Shown: in pieces, positions 1 to 10,365 of the stretch | Layout: each line of letters begins with the position of its first letter | How positions within the stretch are numbered: the stretch's first letter is position 1 | Assembly: GCA_038886535.1 (NCBI GenBank) | Contig: JAVZXS010000002.1 | Location: 182,151-246,150, forward strand | Reading direction: 5' to 3' | Source of the DNA: Candidatus Micrarchaeia archaeon | GTDB taxonomy: Archaea; Micrarchaeota; Micrarchaeia; CABMEP01 | Length of the DNA: 64,000 nucleotides | Program-made: the position numbers and the translations under genes | The notes under the pieces: model-generated | Told to the model about the DNA's origin: nothing | The model's database searches: none | Seen by the model: the letters and a program-made list of their open reading frames with translations, nothing else

Positions 1-837
1 GTTAGGGCTTTCGTTATTGAAATAAGTGGTAACATGATATTGGAGAAGTTCCCACAAATCCTCTATGATGAGTTGAGGTGCCCCTGCATTTATGTTAGAT
101 TCCAATCTCTGATTTATTCTCAAAACTTCTACAAGCTTATGAGTAAGGTTGTCTTCGCTTCTTTCACCACTTTCAAGAGTTATAGAAGGTCTTACATTGA
201 CAGGTGGAACAGGTAAAACGGTAAGGACTGCCCATTCAGGTCTGCTGTATTCAGGATCAAAGCCTAGCTCTCTTAAGTCATCATCCGAAATCTTAGCTAA
301 TCTGTCTCTTACCTCTGTAGGAAGCATTAATCTGTCATCTTCATAGAAGTTGGTTGGTCTCTCAAACTTTATTTCTTTTTGTTCAGTTTGGCAGTGAGGA
401 CACTTCTTAACTTTCTTAGTTCTTGCAAGAATTGTAGCAATCATTTCGTCCCTTGTCATTAAGCTACTTTTTATTTCATCTATTTCCTCCTTTGTAAGTA
501 GTACTTTTCCACATGAATTACAAGTTGACCTTAGAAACATATATATCATTGGGGCGAATTCTGGATGTATCACAGGCCTTATCAGTTCTATTGAACCAAA
601 ATGACCAGGGCATGTTCTGACTGTTCCTCCACATGTCTTACATCTTAAACCAGGATCTATAACACCCATTCTTAAGTCTGCAAATCCTCCTTCAATAGGA
701 TATCCATCATCATTATATGTATCAGGTACAAAAAGTTTTACTGCAGACATCTTTCTAATCATCTCTGGAGAGAAAAGAGTGAACTTTATTTTACTTATGT
801 ATTTTTCGAAAATTTCATTTTCATCTAATGTTGCCAC
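1..837 (-). CDS. rpoA1: RNA polymerase subunit A' (5' part; runs off the window start)
   Basis: Not in ORF track. GTG at 837 after GGTGGT; reads MATLDENEIFEKYISKIKFTLFSPEMIRKMS...GVIDPGLRCKTCGG...CPGHFGSIEL (RpoA' clamp zinc motif); follows rpoB'. Confidence 0.95.
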   Translation of the reverse strand, partial: MATLDENEIFEKYISKIKFTLFSPEMIRKMSAVKLFVPDTYNDDGYPIEGGFADLRMGVIDPGLRCKTCGGTVRTCPGHFGSIELIRPVIHPEFAPMIYMFLRSTCNSCGKVLLTKEEIDEIKSSLMTRDEMIATILARTKKVKKCPHCQTEQKEIKFERPTNFYEDDRLMLPTEVRDRLAKISDDDLRELGFDPEYSRPEWAVLTVLPVPPVNVRPSITLESGERSEDNLTHKLVEVLRINQRLESNINAGAPQLIIEDLWELLQYHVTTYFNNESPN

Positions 838-874
838 ACTACCACCATTAATATTATAAACAAATAATGAAAAA

Positions 875-2713
875 CTATTCATCTGTCTTATTGCTTGTAA
901 TCATTCTTGGGAAGATTCCGAGTGATTTTATTTCATCAATTAGAAGTTTAAATGCATAAGACATCTCTACTTGTGAGAAGTTTGTAGAATCGCAGATAGG
1001 ACATATTGGTTTGTTCTTGAGATAATCATAGTATCCAAACGACCCACATTCATTACAGATTATCTGGACTGTTTTATCTGATTCATCCATTAAACGTTCT
1101 TTGAGTAGCATAGTTGCTCCATATCCTATGATACAATCTCTTTCCATTTCTCCTAATCTAAGACCACCTTCTCTTGATCTTCCTTCTGTTGGCTGGTGGG
1201 TCAAAAGTTGTACTGGACCTCTACTTCTTGCATGTATTTTGTTAGAGACAAGATGTTGCAGTCTTTGATAGTAGATTACACCTATAAATATCTCTGCTTC
1301 AATTCTTTCTCCTGTAACACCATCATAAAGAACTTCATAACCATTAGGTTCAAATCCGTATTTCTTTAAAGTTTCTTTTGCCTCATCTAAATTCGCTGGT
1401 GTGAAAGTAGTTCCATCAACACGTTTTCCTTCGAAACAAGCAGCCTTTCCTAAGAGTGTTTCAAGAAGATGACCAACTGTCATACGAGAAGGAATTGCGT
1501 GGGGGTTAATAATCAAATCAGGTACAATACCATCTTTTGTAAACGGCATACTCTCCTGAGGTACAAGTAATCCTATAACTCCTTTCTGTCCGTGTCTAGA
1601 TGCAACTTTGTCACCATTTTCAGGTATTTTTGTTTCTCTTACTCTAACCTTCACCATTTTATTTCCAGAAGGACTTTGGGTAATAAGAACAGAATCGACT
1701 ATTCCTTTTTCTTCTGCCTTAAGTGTAACTGAACTCTCTTTCTTTTTTTCTTCAGCTATTCCAAATGCACTCACTTCTTCGAGGAATCTTGGAGGAGAAG
1801 TTTTTCCTACTAATACATCTCTTCCTCCTACTTCTATTCCAGGTGATATTAATCCATCTTCATCTAAATATTTATATGCATTCTCTCCTCTATACCCATT
1901 AACTGTAGGGACAGGAATTTCAAATTTATCTTTTTGTCCTCCAGGATACCTTCTTTCCTCTGTCGAATACGTTTTAAACATTTCAACTCTAAGTAATCCC
2001 CTGTCTACAGCGGATTTGTTAACAACAACTGCATCTTCCATGTTGAATCCTCTATAACTCATTACTGCAACAACCAAATTATTTCCTCCTATTCTTTTAT
2101 CAGTTCCAAGTATCTTTTGAGGCCTAGTTGTTACAATTGGAGTTTGAGGATAGAACATCACATACGCTTTTGTATCGTATCTCAATGAATAGTTGGAAGC
2201 ATATAATCCCAGCGCCTGTTTAGCCATAGAGCAAGCCATGGTAGTTCTTGGTGATGAATTGTATTCTTGCATTGGCAGTTGAGATGTAACGAAACTGAGT
2301 ATACCTACTGGATCGATTTCAAGGTGTGTGTGCTCTGGCGTTATATCTTCTTCTCTAACTGCTATATAAGAAAGAGTGTCTTCCTCTCCAGGATCCAAAT
2401 ACTCTATTATACCGTTTCTTATTAAATCTTTCCATTCAATTTCATTGTTTTTTATTTTCGCTTTAATTTCTGGGGTTAGCTTAGATTTTCCATTTTCTAC
2501 TATTATTAAAGGTCTTCTGCTTCTTCCTCCATCGCTGTTTATGTAGACTTCTTTAAGCTTTGGATAAAATTCTACATTAACCTCATGATTTATTTCACCG
2601 TTTCTTCTTTTTCTAATTATCTCGCGTACGAGCTCTTCACCATTTGGATGAGAACCAACAATTTTACCATTAAGATATACTATGAATTCATCACTTTTCT
2701 TTGCCACGTTCAC
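875..2713 (-). CDS. rpoB1: RNA polymerase subunit B' (C-terminal half of split RpoB)
   Basis: GDKVASRHGQKG, NPHAIPSRMT, GGLRLGEMERD and C-terminal Zn ribbon; the true start may be GTG at 2707 (AGGTGTGA upstream). Confidence 0.97.
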   Translation of the reverse strand: MNVAKKSDEFIVYLNGKIVGSHPNGEELVREIIRKRRNGEINHEVNVEFYPKLKEVYINSDGGRSRRPLIIVENGKSKLTPEIKAKIKNNEIEWKDLIRNGIIEYLDPGEEDTLSYIAVREEDITPEHTHLEIDPVGILSFVTSQLPMQEYNSSPRTTMACSMAKQALGLYASNYSLRYDTKAYVMFYPQTPIVTTRPQKILGTDKRIGGNNLVVAVMSYRGFNMEDAVVVNKSAVDRGLLRVEMFKTYSTEERRYPGGQKDKFEIPVPTVNGYRGENAYKYLDEDGLISPGIEVGGRDVLVGKTSPPRFLEEVSAFGIAEEKKKESSVTLKAEEKGIVDSVLITQSPSGNKMVKVRVRETKIPENGDKVASRHGQKGVIGLLVPQESMPFTKDGIVPDLIINPHAIPSRMTVGHLLETLLGKAACFEGKRVDGTTFTPANLDEAKETLKKYGFEPNGYEVLYDGVTGERIEAEIFIGVIYYQRLQHLVSNKIHARSRGPVQLLTHQPTEGRSREGGLRLGEMERDCIIGYGATMLLKERLMDESDKTVQIICNECGSFGYYDYLKNKPICPICDSTNFSQVEMSYAFKLLIDEIKSLGIFPRMITSNKTDE

Positions 2714-2765
2714 ACCTTTTTAATTTAGTATTAACATCAAATATTGAAACTCATCATTGTGAAAA

Positions 2766-4232
2766 TCATTTTATAGCTGTTACTCCAATTTTCTTTAGAA
2801 TACTCTCCACTTCTTTTTCATCTACTCCAATTGAAATTTCGTTTGTTAAAGCCATATTCTTAACTAGAGATGCAGATGCACCTTCAGGAGTTTCATTTGG
2901 ACATAACCTTCCAAACTGAGTTCCATGCAGATCTCTTGCTTCAAAGTGAGGATGCACTCTGCTAAGTGGTGAATTAATTCTTCTTAAATGCGATACTGTC
3001 GCTAAATAAGAAACTCTATCAAGAAGTTGACATACTCCTGTTTGACCGGCTATCCAGTTTCCAGTAGCCATTGCATATCTTATTCTATCACTTAAAGAAT
3101 CAGGTCTCACAAATGTTTGTACGTCCTGTAATCTTCTTCCTCTTGCAACAGCTCTTTCTGCTTGGTAGGCTATATCTCTTACCAAGAACTGGAATGAGTA
3201 TCTAAATAACTCTTCCATCAAAACTCCACTTAATTTAATTCTTTTATTTCCATAATGGTCTTTATCATCTGCAGGATATTTCTTGTTTGCTACAAGTGTT
3301 GTTCTTTGTGCCATTAATGCAAGGAATTTTGCTTTAAGATGCTTTGCAGCGGGAGTAGTTCCAAAATGAGGTAGCAAATAATTGTTTAACAACACTTCTA
3401 CTCTTTTATCTCTATATTCTTTGGGTTGTCCAGGAACTGCTTTTTTACCAATCTCATCTATTGCATCATCAACAGTCTTTACCTCACCAATTTCTATATT
3501 TAAAAGTACATCATTGATTATCTGCTTATCGTCGTCAAATAATTCAAGTATATCCTCATCTTTCTTTATTCCAAGAGCACGAAGTACAACCATGAACGGT
3601 AGCTTAGGTGGAGCAGCTGGAAATTCAATAGTCCATGTACCATCTTCTGATCTGTTTACCGCACATCTCATTCTTGCTCCGCCGCTTTGTGAAAATATCT
3701 TCGCTGTGATTATTGATCCTTGTTTTTCTTTGGTTACCATAATTCTATTTGCAATCAAATCCTCTATTCCGATTAAAACTCTTTCTGTTCCATTTATGAT
3801 CATGTATCCTCCCGGATCCATTGGGTCTTCTCCTGCTTTTATCAGTTCTCCTCTTGACATTCCTTCAGTATAGCATATTTTCGATCTTACCATAGCAGGA
3901 ATGTCTCCAATATATGCAATTGTAGTTTTTCTTTCAATATCATTTATTATCGGGGTTATTTCCATATATACTCTTCCAGCATAAGTTAGGTCTCTTTGTC
4001 TTGCTTCCATAGGTAGAATCGGTCTTGTTGCAGAATCAGCTTCAATAACCATAGGTTTCTCAACCCATGCCCTCCCAAGCTTAAGTTCATAATTCGGGAC
4101 ATTAGGCCTTATTACTCCAACTGAACTTACTATTCTTTGTATTCCTTCTTCTATAAACCTATTATATGAGTCAAGATGCTGCTTGACTAATTTATTTTCA
4201 TTTAAATATTTCTCTAACAGATCCTTTGTCAC
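2766..4232 (-). CDS. rpoB2: RNA polymerase subunit B'' (N-terminal half of split RpoB)
   Basis: DPGGYMIINGTERV, DDKDHYGNKR, SHLRR, ETPEG motifs; GTG start. Confidence 0.97.
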   Translation of the reverse strand: MTKDLLEKYLNENKLVKQHLDSYNRFIEEGIQRIVSSVGVIRPNVPNYELKLGRAWVEKPMVIEADSATRPILPMEARQRDLTYAGRVYMEITPIINDIERKTTIAYIGDIPAMVRSKICYTEGMSRGELIKAGEDPMDPGGYMIINGTERVLIGIEDLIANRIMVTKEKQGSIITAKIFSQSGGARMRCAVNRSEDGTWTIEFPAAPPKLPFMVVLRALGIKKDEDILELFDDDKQIINDVLLNIEIGEVKTVDDAIDEIGKKAVPGQPKEYRDKRVEVLLNNYLLPHFGTTPAAKHLKAKFLALMAQRTTLVANKKYPADDKDHYGNKRIKLSGVLMEELFRYSFQFLVRDIAYQAERAVARGRRLQDVQTFVRPDSLSDRIRYAMATGNWIAGQTGVCQLLDRVSYLATVSHLRRINSPLSRVHPHFEARDLHGTQFGRLCPNETPEGASASLVKNMALTNEISIGVDEKEVESILKKIGVTAIK

Positions 4233-4320
4233 GTAATCATCCCCATGAGCCGGATTTTATAAGTTTTTAGATCTCATTCGAGATCTAAGCTTTTAGATCA
4301 AGATCAAAAACAGAGGCACA

Positions 4321-4587
4321 TCAAACAACCACTCTATAATAAATACTTTTTGCATGCCTTTCTTCTCTGTATATTTTTATTATGTCTCCTTTTTTCGGAT
4401 TAAGATGTCTTATAGCCGGATCATCTATTTTAATTTTTGGTAACTGTTCTTTTGTAACATTAAGGCTCTCCAGCAACTTTTTTTCTTCTTCTTCTTTTAA
4501 TATTTCATGCTTAGGAATTAGTTTATGCACTATAGGTTCATTTTCAAAATTCGAAGTTTCGTGTTTTTTAACCTTAGTTTTGGCCAA
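4321..4587 (-). CDS. rpoH: RNA polymerase subunit H (Rpo5)
   Basis: HKLIPKHEIL...LPKIKIDDPAI...YYRVV; first gene of the RNAP operon; TTG start after GGTGGT. Confidence 0.96.
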   Translation of the reverse strand: MAKTKVKKHETSNFENEPIVHKLIPKHEILKEEEEKKLLESLNVTKEQLPKIKIDDPAIRHLNPKKGDIIKIYREERHAKSIYYRVVV

Positions 4588-4819
4588 ATTACCACCATAG
4601 AATGCCGGTTAGATATCACTAAGGATAGCCTAACAACTAGCATTTCTTTCAGAGATCTAGATCTAAAAGCAAAATATATTAGTTATTAAGATTTATAAAT
4701 ATTTTGTTACTTTTAGATTTTTTTTCTTTTTTAATCGGCCAGTGGGATTTTTGGTTAGTTTTTTAAAACTCACTACATATTTCAATAATATAATTCAAAT
4801 GTAATTAATCAGTGATAGA

Positions 4820-5188
4820 ATGAATGATATAGAAGAGAGGCTTTCTTTAATACTTAAAGAAATTAAAAGTTCAGGAGATGTCGAGGCTTCTGTTATAATG
4901 AGAAGAGATGGAATAATTATATCTTCAGATTTTCAAAACATTTCTTCAAAAAATCTTTCAGTTATATCCTCCCTTATTTCAGTTGCTGAGTTATCTTCCC
5001 TAGAATTAAAACGTGGTGTTTTTCAAGAGATGATGATTGAGAGTGAAAATGGTAAGATTATTTTAATTAATGCAGGAAAAAATGCAGTTTTACTTTCATT
5101 TGTTAAAAAGGAAGGAAATATAGGTTTTATTTTAATTACTTTAGAAAGCGCAGCAAAGAAGATACAAAGTATAATCGATAAAATTTAG
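4820..5188 (+). CDS. Roadblock/LC7 (MglB-like) domain protein
   Basis: 122 aa with ASVIMRRDGIII...IESENGKIILINAG...NIGFI pattern. Confidence 0.85.
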   Translation: MNDIEERLSLILKEIKSSGDVEASVIMRRDGIIISSDFQNISSKNLSVISSLISVAELSSLELKRGVFQEMMIESENGKIILINAGKNAVLLSFVKKEGNIGFILITLESAAKKIQSIIDKI

Positions 5189-5213
5189 AAATTATATTTG
5201 ATAGGTAGATAAA

Positions 5214-5951
5214 ATGGAAAATACAGTGAAGAGGAAGTTATTCTTTACCTCTCCTCCTAGGGTTCCTTCAGGTATATTTGGACTTGATGACATGATGGAG
5301 GGAGGTTTCGAAAAAAACAGTTTAAATCTCGTATGTGGAGAATTAGGATCAGGAAAAACTTTGTTTGCAATGCAATTCGTTTTCTTCGGTGCACAAAAGT
5401 ATAATGATAATTCATTATTTATATCATTTGAAGAGACAAAGGATGAATTAAGAAGGAGAATGGGGAGATTTGGCTTTGATCTTACAGCACAAGAGGCGAG
5501 TGGAAAACTTTTGATTTATTCTTATTCTCCAAGAGAAGTAAACAAATTTATTGAGGATCTTCCTAATATAGAAAGCTTGATAAAAAAGAATAAAATATCT
5601 AGAATAGCATTTGATTCTCTTACAACATACTCTGCTTTCTTCGATAATCCTTCAAGGAGGTCACTTGAGGTAATTTCATTGATCGATAAACTCAAAAAAC
5701 TAGATTGCACATTTGTTATCACTTCTGATCTTAAATTACCTTCTAAGACACTAGAAGCAGAGGAAGGATTGATCAATGAATATTTAGTTGATTCAGTAAT
5801 TTCACTTTATTCTGTGAGAAGGGGAGATATTAGAGATTTTGGACTTGAGATAATAAAAATGAGAGGTACAAATCATAGTAGAAAGATAGTTCCAATGAGA
5901 ATCATACCCACAGGGATGATTGTATATCCAGATATGCCATTTATTAAGTAA
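5214..5951 (+). CDS. Single-domain KaiC/RAD55-like RecA-superfamily ATPase
   Basis: SGIFGLD, Walker A GELGSGKT, FEE, RIAFDSL, KMRGTNH. Confidence 0.9.
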   Translation: MENTVKRKLFFTSPPRVPSGIFGLDDMMEGGFEKNSLNLVCGELGSGKTLFAMQFVFFGAQKYNDNSLFISFEETKDELRRRMGRFGFDLTAQEASGKLLIYSYSPREVNKFIEDLPNIESLIKKNKISRIAFDSLTTYSAFFDNPSRRSLEVISLIDKLKKLDCTFVITSDLKLPSKTLEAEEGLINEYLVDSVISLYSVRRGDIRDFGLEIIKMRGTNHSRKIVPMRIIPTGMIVYPDMPFIK

Positions 5952-6004
5952 TCTTTATATAAGAATTCTAAAAATTATTTGATTAGGAAAATTATTTACT
6001 CTAG

Positions 6005-8032
6005 TTAGACGTTTAGTTCTTTTCTTAATTCTTTTATTAACCTTTCTTTTCTCTTACTGTCTTTAATTGCATGTTCAATTACATCTATTAGGTTGCTCAC
6101 AGCTATTATCTCTATTTTCTTTCTTTTTTCTTCACTCAATACTATGTCATCTAAATTCTCTTTCGGAACAATTACTGCCTTTAATCCTGCATCAACAGCT
6201 GCTTCAACTTTAGCTGTAACACCGCCCACTGGAAGAACTTGTCCTCTTACACTTAATGAACCTGTCATTGCAACATCCTGTTTTATTGCAACTCCTTCCA
6301 TTGCACTTAAAACCGCGAGGGCAACAGAAATCGAAGCGCTATCTCCTTCTACACCTTCATATGTTTGTAAAAATTGAATATGTATATCATAACCAGTTAC
6401 ATCTTTTTTCATATGTTTCTTTATTATTGCACTTACATTGTCGACTGCTTCTTTTGCAATCTCTCCAAGCTTTCCAGTTGCTATAACCTTTCCTTCGAAT
6501 TTAGATGAAGCAGGAGTCACTTCCGCAACTATTGGCATTACTAATCCGCTGCTTCCATCTCCTATCACCGCCAACCCATTCACCCTCCCGACTTTTGCTC
6601 CATGGGTCTCTAAAACACTGTATTCTTTCTTTTGTTCAATCATCATATGTGCAAGTTGTTGTTCTATTGTTTTAGCAACTCCTTTTGCCTTAAGTACATG
6701 AGATACGTCTGTTACTGGAGAATTTTCACTTTTTGCTATGTCTCCTGCGGCCCTTATAAGACCACCTAGCTCTCTTAATTTTAATGTAAGTCTTTTCTTT
6801 CTACCTGCTTTTCTTTTTGCCTCTTTGATTATTTCTATAACTGCATCTCTTGTGAAGTGAGGGATTTTTCCGTCTTTCTTTACTTCCTGTGCAACGAATC
6901 TAACTAATTTCTCTCTATTTTCTTTAGTGTCTGGCATAGTATCGTTAAGGTATATTTCATATCCATATCCTCTTATTCTCGATCTTAATGCAGGATGCAT
7001 GTTCTGAAGATCATTTAAATTTCCTGCTGCAACTAGAACAAAGTCACATGGAACAGGTTCAGTTCTGGTTAACGCTCCGCTTGACATTTCACTTTGACCT
7101 GTAATTGGAAATTTCTTTTCCTGCATTGCAGTGAGCAGATCTTGTTGTGATTTTAGATTTAGTGTTCCAATTTCATCTATATAAAGAACACCCATGTCAG
7201 CCCTATGAATTGCTCCGCTCTCAACTCTGAGATGTGCTGGAGTACCCAAGCCTCCTGTTTGTAAAGGATCATGCCTGACGTCTCCAAAAAGGGCTCCAGC
7301 CTTAGCACCAGTAGCTTCGATAAAAGGTGCAGTTCTTCTTCCAGTATTGTCAACTATAAGTTTTGGTTCATTATACTCTTCTCTTCTGATTCCACTTTGA
7401 AGTCTTGATGTAAACATCCACATTGCAAGGAAGAATAATCCTCCAAGTACAATAGCAGCAATTATTGAAGAGTATTTCTCAATTTCTGAAAGTACTGAAA
7501 GGTCTACAAATTGAAATATCAGCAAACCAATTAGAAGAATGATAAGTAATTTAGTTATCCAAGATATGCCACCTTGTTTCTTTGGCATTAGTTTTTGCAT
7601 CTTACTTGCAAGTATTATTTTCCTTCCCTGTCCAATTTTTTCCTCTTCAGGTGCATTTTCAGGTGGAAGTCCATTAGGATAGGTAAGTACTGTTTTTATC
7701 TTTGGATTATTCTCATCGAATTCATTTGGATATACTAATACATCCCTCAGGTTTTCTGCAGGCATTAATTCCGCCATTCCTTGTGCAAGCATACTTTTTC
7801 CAGTACCTGGAGAACCAAGAAGAAGAACGTTTCTTCTTTGTGCAGCGGCTTTCTTTACTATTTCTACTGCTTTATCCTGTCCTATTATTTGATCGATTAT
7901 TTTTTCAGGTATTTTTATTTCTGCAGTTGTATTAAATTTAGGAATAGTCTTTTCGATATCTTCTAAGTCTTCACCGATTTTTGTTGTTTTTTTCTTTTCT
8001 TTTTTTAATTTTAATGTTTTCTCTTCCATCAA
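6005..8032 (-). CDS. lonB: Archaeal membrane-anchored Lon protease (LonB)
   Basis: GSPGTGKS, two TM helices within the AAA domain, YIDE, GDSAS Ser-Lys protease domain. Confidence 0.97.
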   Translation of the reverse strand: MMEEKTLKLKKEKKKTTKIGEDLEDIEKTIPKFNTTAEIKIPEKIIDQIIGQDKAVEIVKKAAAQRRNVLLLGSPGTGKSMLAQGMAELMPAENLRDVLVYPNEFDENNPKIKTVLTYPNGLPPENAPEEEKIGQGRKIILASKMQKLMPKKQGGISWITKLLIILLIGLLIFQFVDLSVLSEIEKYSSIIAAIVLGGLFFLAMWMFTSRLQSGIRREEYNEPKLIVDNTGRRTAPFIEATGAKAGALFGDVRHDPLQTGGLGTPAHLRVESGAIHRADMGVLYIDEIGTLNLKSQQDLLTAMQEKKFPITGQSEMSSGALTRTEPVPCDFVLVAAGNLNDLQNMHPALRSRIRGYGYEIYLNDTMPDTKENREKLVRFVAQEVKKDGKIPHFTRDAVIEIIKEAKRKAGRKKRLTLKLRELGGLIRAAGDIAKSENSPVTDVSHVLKAKGVAKTIEQQLAHMMIEQKKEYSVLETHGAKVGRVNGLAVIGDGSSGLVMPIVAEVTPASSKFEGKVIATGKLGEIAKEAVDNVSAIIKKHMKKDVTGYDIHIQFLQTYEGVEGDSASISVALAVLSAMEGVAIKQDVAMTGSLSVRGQVLPVGGVTAKVEAAVDAGLKAVIVPKENLDDIVLSEEKRKKIEIIAVSNLIDVIEHAIKDSKRKERLIKELRKELNV

Positions 8033-8096
8033 ATCACTATATTAATTATTAATATCAAACTAAAAATTTTAAAAAAATATATTTTCAACACTCTAT

Positions 8097-8885
8097 TTAT
8101 TTCAATCTTGAAAAAGCAGTATCCCCCGATGGTAAAAGACGAATTACCTCATCTTTTTTAAGACTTAGTTGCTTTGCGATTTTTTCTGCAACTATGTCTT
8201 TTGAATATCTTCCAGGTTGCAGAGTAAAACAAATCTTGAATTTATCTGCTCCACTTTCTTCTGGAAGACACAGAAGTTCACCATTTTCATTTAATCCGAT
8301 AAGCAATTTTAATTGAACTCCTCTGAAGTAATTTTTTCTTCCAGAAATAAAAAAGCTTCCTTTTTGTAAATATTCTCCAGATGGTGGAGATTTGCTTACT
8401 TGATCTTTTGTTACATAATAAACGTCAATACTTCCGTATCCCGTCTTCCATGCAGATGAATAACAAGCAGCGAATTGGGCAGTTTGTCTAAGAGATGATT
8501 CTGGTGCATTTTTTCCTTTTTTAAGTACTACAGCAGGAGCCCCAATTATATCAGCGTGAAAAAATAAATCATCCTCTTCAAGTCTTTTTTTGACAATTTC
8601 TTCATTCTGTCCTGCGCTTTTTCCACCTATTGCTAAAAATCCATCTGTTGTAAAAAACCAATGATATTGGCTATACCATTCTTTCTTTTCTTGCTTTTTT
8701 TCTTGTTTTTCTTGCTTTTTTTCTTTTGATCTTTCTGTTTCTTCTTCTATCTCTTTTTTTGTTTCTTCTATTGCTTTTTTTGTTTCTTCTAGTTTTCTTT
8801 TCATTTTTTTTGCATTTTCAAAATAAATATTTGCATTGTCAAAAACTTCTTTATTCGGATCGATTATTATTTCCATATCTATCAA
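8097..8885 (-). CDS. NFACT-R (DUF814) protein; C-terminal half of an Rqc2/NEMF-like protein
   Basis: Coiled coil, then WY..YHWF...GGKSAGQNE...FFHADIIGAP...QVSKSPPSGEYL.KGSF. Confidence 0.88.
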   Translation of the reverse strand: MIDMEIIIDPNKEVFDNANIYFENAKKMKRKLEETKKAIEETKKEIEEETERSKEKKQEKQEKKQEKKEWYSQYHWFFTTDGFLAIGGKSAGQNEEIVKKRLEEDDLFFHADIIGAPAVVLKKGKNAPESSLRQTAQFAACYSSAWKTGYGSIDVYYVTKDQVSKSPPSGEYLQKGSFFISGRKNYFRGVQLKLLIGLNENGELLCLPEESGADKFKICFTLQPGRYSKDIVAEKIAKQLSLKKDEVIRLLPSGDTAFSRLK

Positions 8886-8950
8886 TATTCCAAAATATTA
8901 TAAATAAGTATAAATAAGATATTAAGAAGAAAAAATCTTAAAATAAGTCT

Positions 8951-9139
8951 TTATTCTTTTATCTTTGCCGCATATCTACCTGGAGTTTTTATTCCTAACT
9001 TCTTTGCGATTTCAGAAACTTCTGGATTAATTATTATTACCTCTCCACTCCATCTATCCGTCAATCGTTCGCTTCCACAGAGTGGACACTTGTTTTGACC
9101 TTTTGAAATATATTTACAATCTTTGCATGCTTTTTCCAT
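8951..9139 (-). CDS. spt4: Transcription elongation factor Spt4 (RpoE'')
   Basis: ACKDC...CPLCGS...WSG...PGRYA; downstream of rpoE'. Confidence 0.95.
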   Translation of the reverse strand: MEKACKDCKYISKGQNKCPLCGSERLTDRWSGEVIIINPEVSEIAKKLGIKTPGRYAAKIKE

Positions 9140-9172
9140 ATAAACACCTGTAATGATTTATATTAAATTCGT

Positions 9173-9784
9173 TTATTTTTTCTTTCCTTTTTCGGTTTTC
9201 TTCTCTTTCTCTTCTTCTTTTTCTACTTTCTTTGCTTTCTTTCCTTTTTCTTCTTCATATAACCAAGTTAAATTTCCTAATCCATCTCCCTTCATTGTCA
9301 TTGCAATTTTAGTTTCCGGAATTGTCGGTTTCATACTTACAGATACTATCTTTGCTCTTACTATATCTCCTTTCTTTACAGTATGTTTGCTTCCTTTTAG
9401 AAGCAAGCTTCCTGTTTTTTTATCAAATGTTATGAAATCATTTGCGATTTGAGATAAGTGAACAAGTCCATCGAATGGACCTATATTTATAAATATTCCA
9501 AAATCCATTACTTCTGTTACCTCTCCATTAACAATTTCATGTGTCTCCGGTATATATACAAGTACGTTATACTTGACATCGTAGTATGCTGCTCCATCAC
9601 CCAATACAACCTTTCCTCCTTTTATGTCATGTATATTCCATATTTTCAATACAACTCCGTTTTCTAGGTCAACCTTTCTTTCATATTTGTCTTGTAATAT
9701 TCTCAATATGGAATCATTAAGTTCCATTGTAAAATAAGAAGGAGGTACTCTGATTGTATCAGAAATCGTTATAACTTTGTACAT
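9173..9784 (-). CDS. rpoE1: RNA polymerase subunit E' (Rpo7)
   Basis: IRVPP, GDGAAYY, S1 domain FGIFINIGPFDGLVHLSQI. Confidence 0.96.
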   Translation of the reverse strand: MYKVITISDTIRVPPSYFTMELNDSILRILQDKYERKVDLENGVVLKIWNIHDIKGGKVVLGDGAAYYDVKYNVLVYIPETHEIVNGEVTEVMDFGIFINIGPFDGLVHLSQIANDFITFDKKTGSLLLKGSKHTVKKGDIVRAKIVSVSMKPTIPETKIAMTMKGDGLGNLTWLYEEEKGKKAKKVEKEEEKEKKTEKGKKK

Positions 9785-9941
9785 AAGATCAAACCTCGCG
9801 ATTCAAATCAACATTTTATATTTGGCAAAATCCAATAGGACATTGCCATATAATTAATGTAATATCTAATTATCCACTTATAATCGCTTAGAATATATTA
9901 GATACTATATATTAATTCAGAAAATTTTAAATTGTATTGAT

Positions 9942-10361
9942 TTAGTCTCTAAGCATTATAATTTGCGCGCCTAACCTTTTTAAATATTGCTTGAGTTTTT
10001 TATCGTATGTTACTATAGAGAGTTTTTGTTTCTTTGCTATTTTTATGAACCATCTATCTAAAGGAGGATCAGCTTTTTCGACATTTATCTTCCCATCCTT
10101 TTCCCATTTTTGGATTATTTTTAGTGCTATAGTTGCATTTCTTTTTTCAGATAAACTACTTTTCTTTGAGTTGATAATTTTTTCTAATTCATCATAGATT
10201 CCAGAGGGAACTACTACAATGGATTTTATTCCTCTAATTTTTTTATGGAGCGTTTCTAAGATGTCAATCTTCTTTTGTATAGAATAGATAATCGCATTGG
10301 TATCAAAAGTTAATATTTGTTTTTCTTTGTTTGTTTCTATCTCTTTCTTTTCCTGTCTCAT
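9942..10361 (-). CDS. PIN-domain protein (Utp24/Fcf1-like)
   Basis: FDTNAI...DELE...D...IVTYDKKL; usual position upstream of rpoE'. Confidence 0.85.
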   Translation of the reverse strand: MRQEKKEIETNKEKQILTFDTNAIIYSIQKKIDILETLHKKIRGIKSIVVVPSGIYDELEKIINSKKSSLSEKRNATIALKIIQKWEKDGKINVEKADPPLDRWFIKIAKKQKLSIVTYDKKLKQYLKRLGAQIIMLRD

Positions 10362-10365
10362 TTGA

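Noticed and set aside
875..4232. Split rpoB as a frameshift or novelty
   Set aside because: The B''/B' split is well known in archaea, and both halves have their own start signals.
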